From Candidatus Zixiibacteriota bacterium (GTDB lineage Bacteria > RBG-13-66-14 > B26-G2 > WVWN01): DNA of 37,299 nt. The stretch is from NCBI GenBank assembly GCA_050117845.1, contig JASFLY010000025.1, forward strand, positions 1-37,299, read 5' to 3'. Position 1 is the stretch's first letter. Each line of letters opens with the position of its first letter. Below the pieces are notes generated by a model, which ran no database searches, was not told where the DNA came from, and saw nothing but the letters and a program-made list of their open reading frames with translations. The translations under genes and the position numbers were made by a program. Shown piece by piece: positions 37,053 through 37,299 of the stretch.

Positions 37053-37299
37053 CTAAAACCCTGTGAAATGATAAATATCTCCCGTATCCGAGCCGGCCCA
37101 GATGTCGTTAGGGCCGACGCACTCGACACACCAGAAATAAGCGCGAGGCGCGTAGGCCTTGCGCCATTCGCCGTTCTCATAAATCGCCGCGCCTATACCC
37201 GCGGCACAACCGTAATTAGCATCCGAGAAATCGATATCCAATACGTCGCTGTTGAATATATCGCCGTACTCGTCCCATTCCCAGCCATCGTAGTGGAAC
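37053..37299 (-). CDS. 3' part of a paralog of the Trp-rich lipoprotein (truncated by the window edge)
   Basis: ...FHYDGWEWDEYGDIF...FWCVECVGPNDIWAGSDTGDIYHFTGF* aligns to the C-terminus of 35832-36821. Confidence 0.85.
   Translation of the reverse strand, partial: FHYDGWEWDEYGDIFNSDVLDIDFSDANYGCAAGIGAAIYENGEWRKAYAPRAYFWCVECVGPNDIWAGSDTGDIYHFTGF

Overview
GC-rich bacterial chromosomal window, probably from an uncultured FCB-related candidate phylum (inferred from a T9SS-type C-terminal domain and a C-terminal 'SLGRVRALFR' tail). The left ~5 kb is accessory. It holds phased ~63-bp repeats, a BmrR-like MerR regulator with its 19-bp-spacer promoter, a hicBA pair, an orphan hicB, an AT-richer UDG-fold gene and a probable secreted CxxU selenoprotein (in-frame UGA followed by a SECIS-like hairpin). 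The middle is housekeeping: rarA, 6S RNA, a sulfatase-like gene with suhB, a HEAT protein, a thioesterase and tsaD, two DUF2284 paralogs, and rpmF-plsX-fabH-fabD-fabG-acpP-fabF-rnc-acyl-CoA dehydrogenase. The right part has a GT-C membrane glycosyltransferase that resembles eukaryotic DPY19 tryptophan C-mannosyltransferases more than STT3, nadK, a 1810-aa secreted TPR-only protein, and a tandemly duplicated lipoprotein/secreted-protein cassette at the edge. The best leads are the selenoprotein (3440-4066) and the DPY19-like enzyme (24418-26802). All family calls come from motif recognition by eye; no database search was run.
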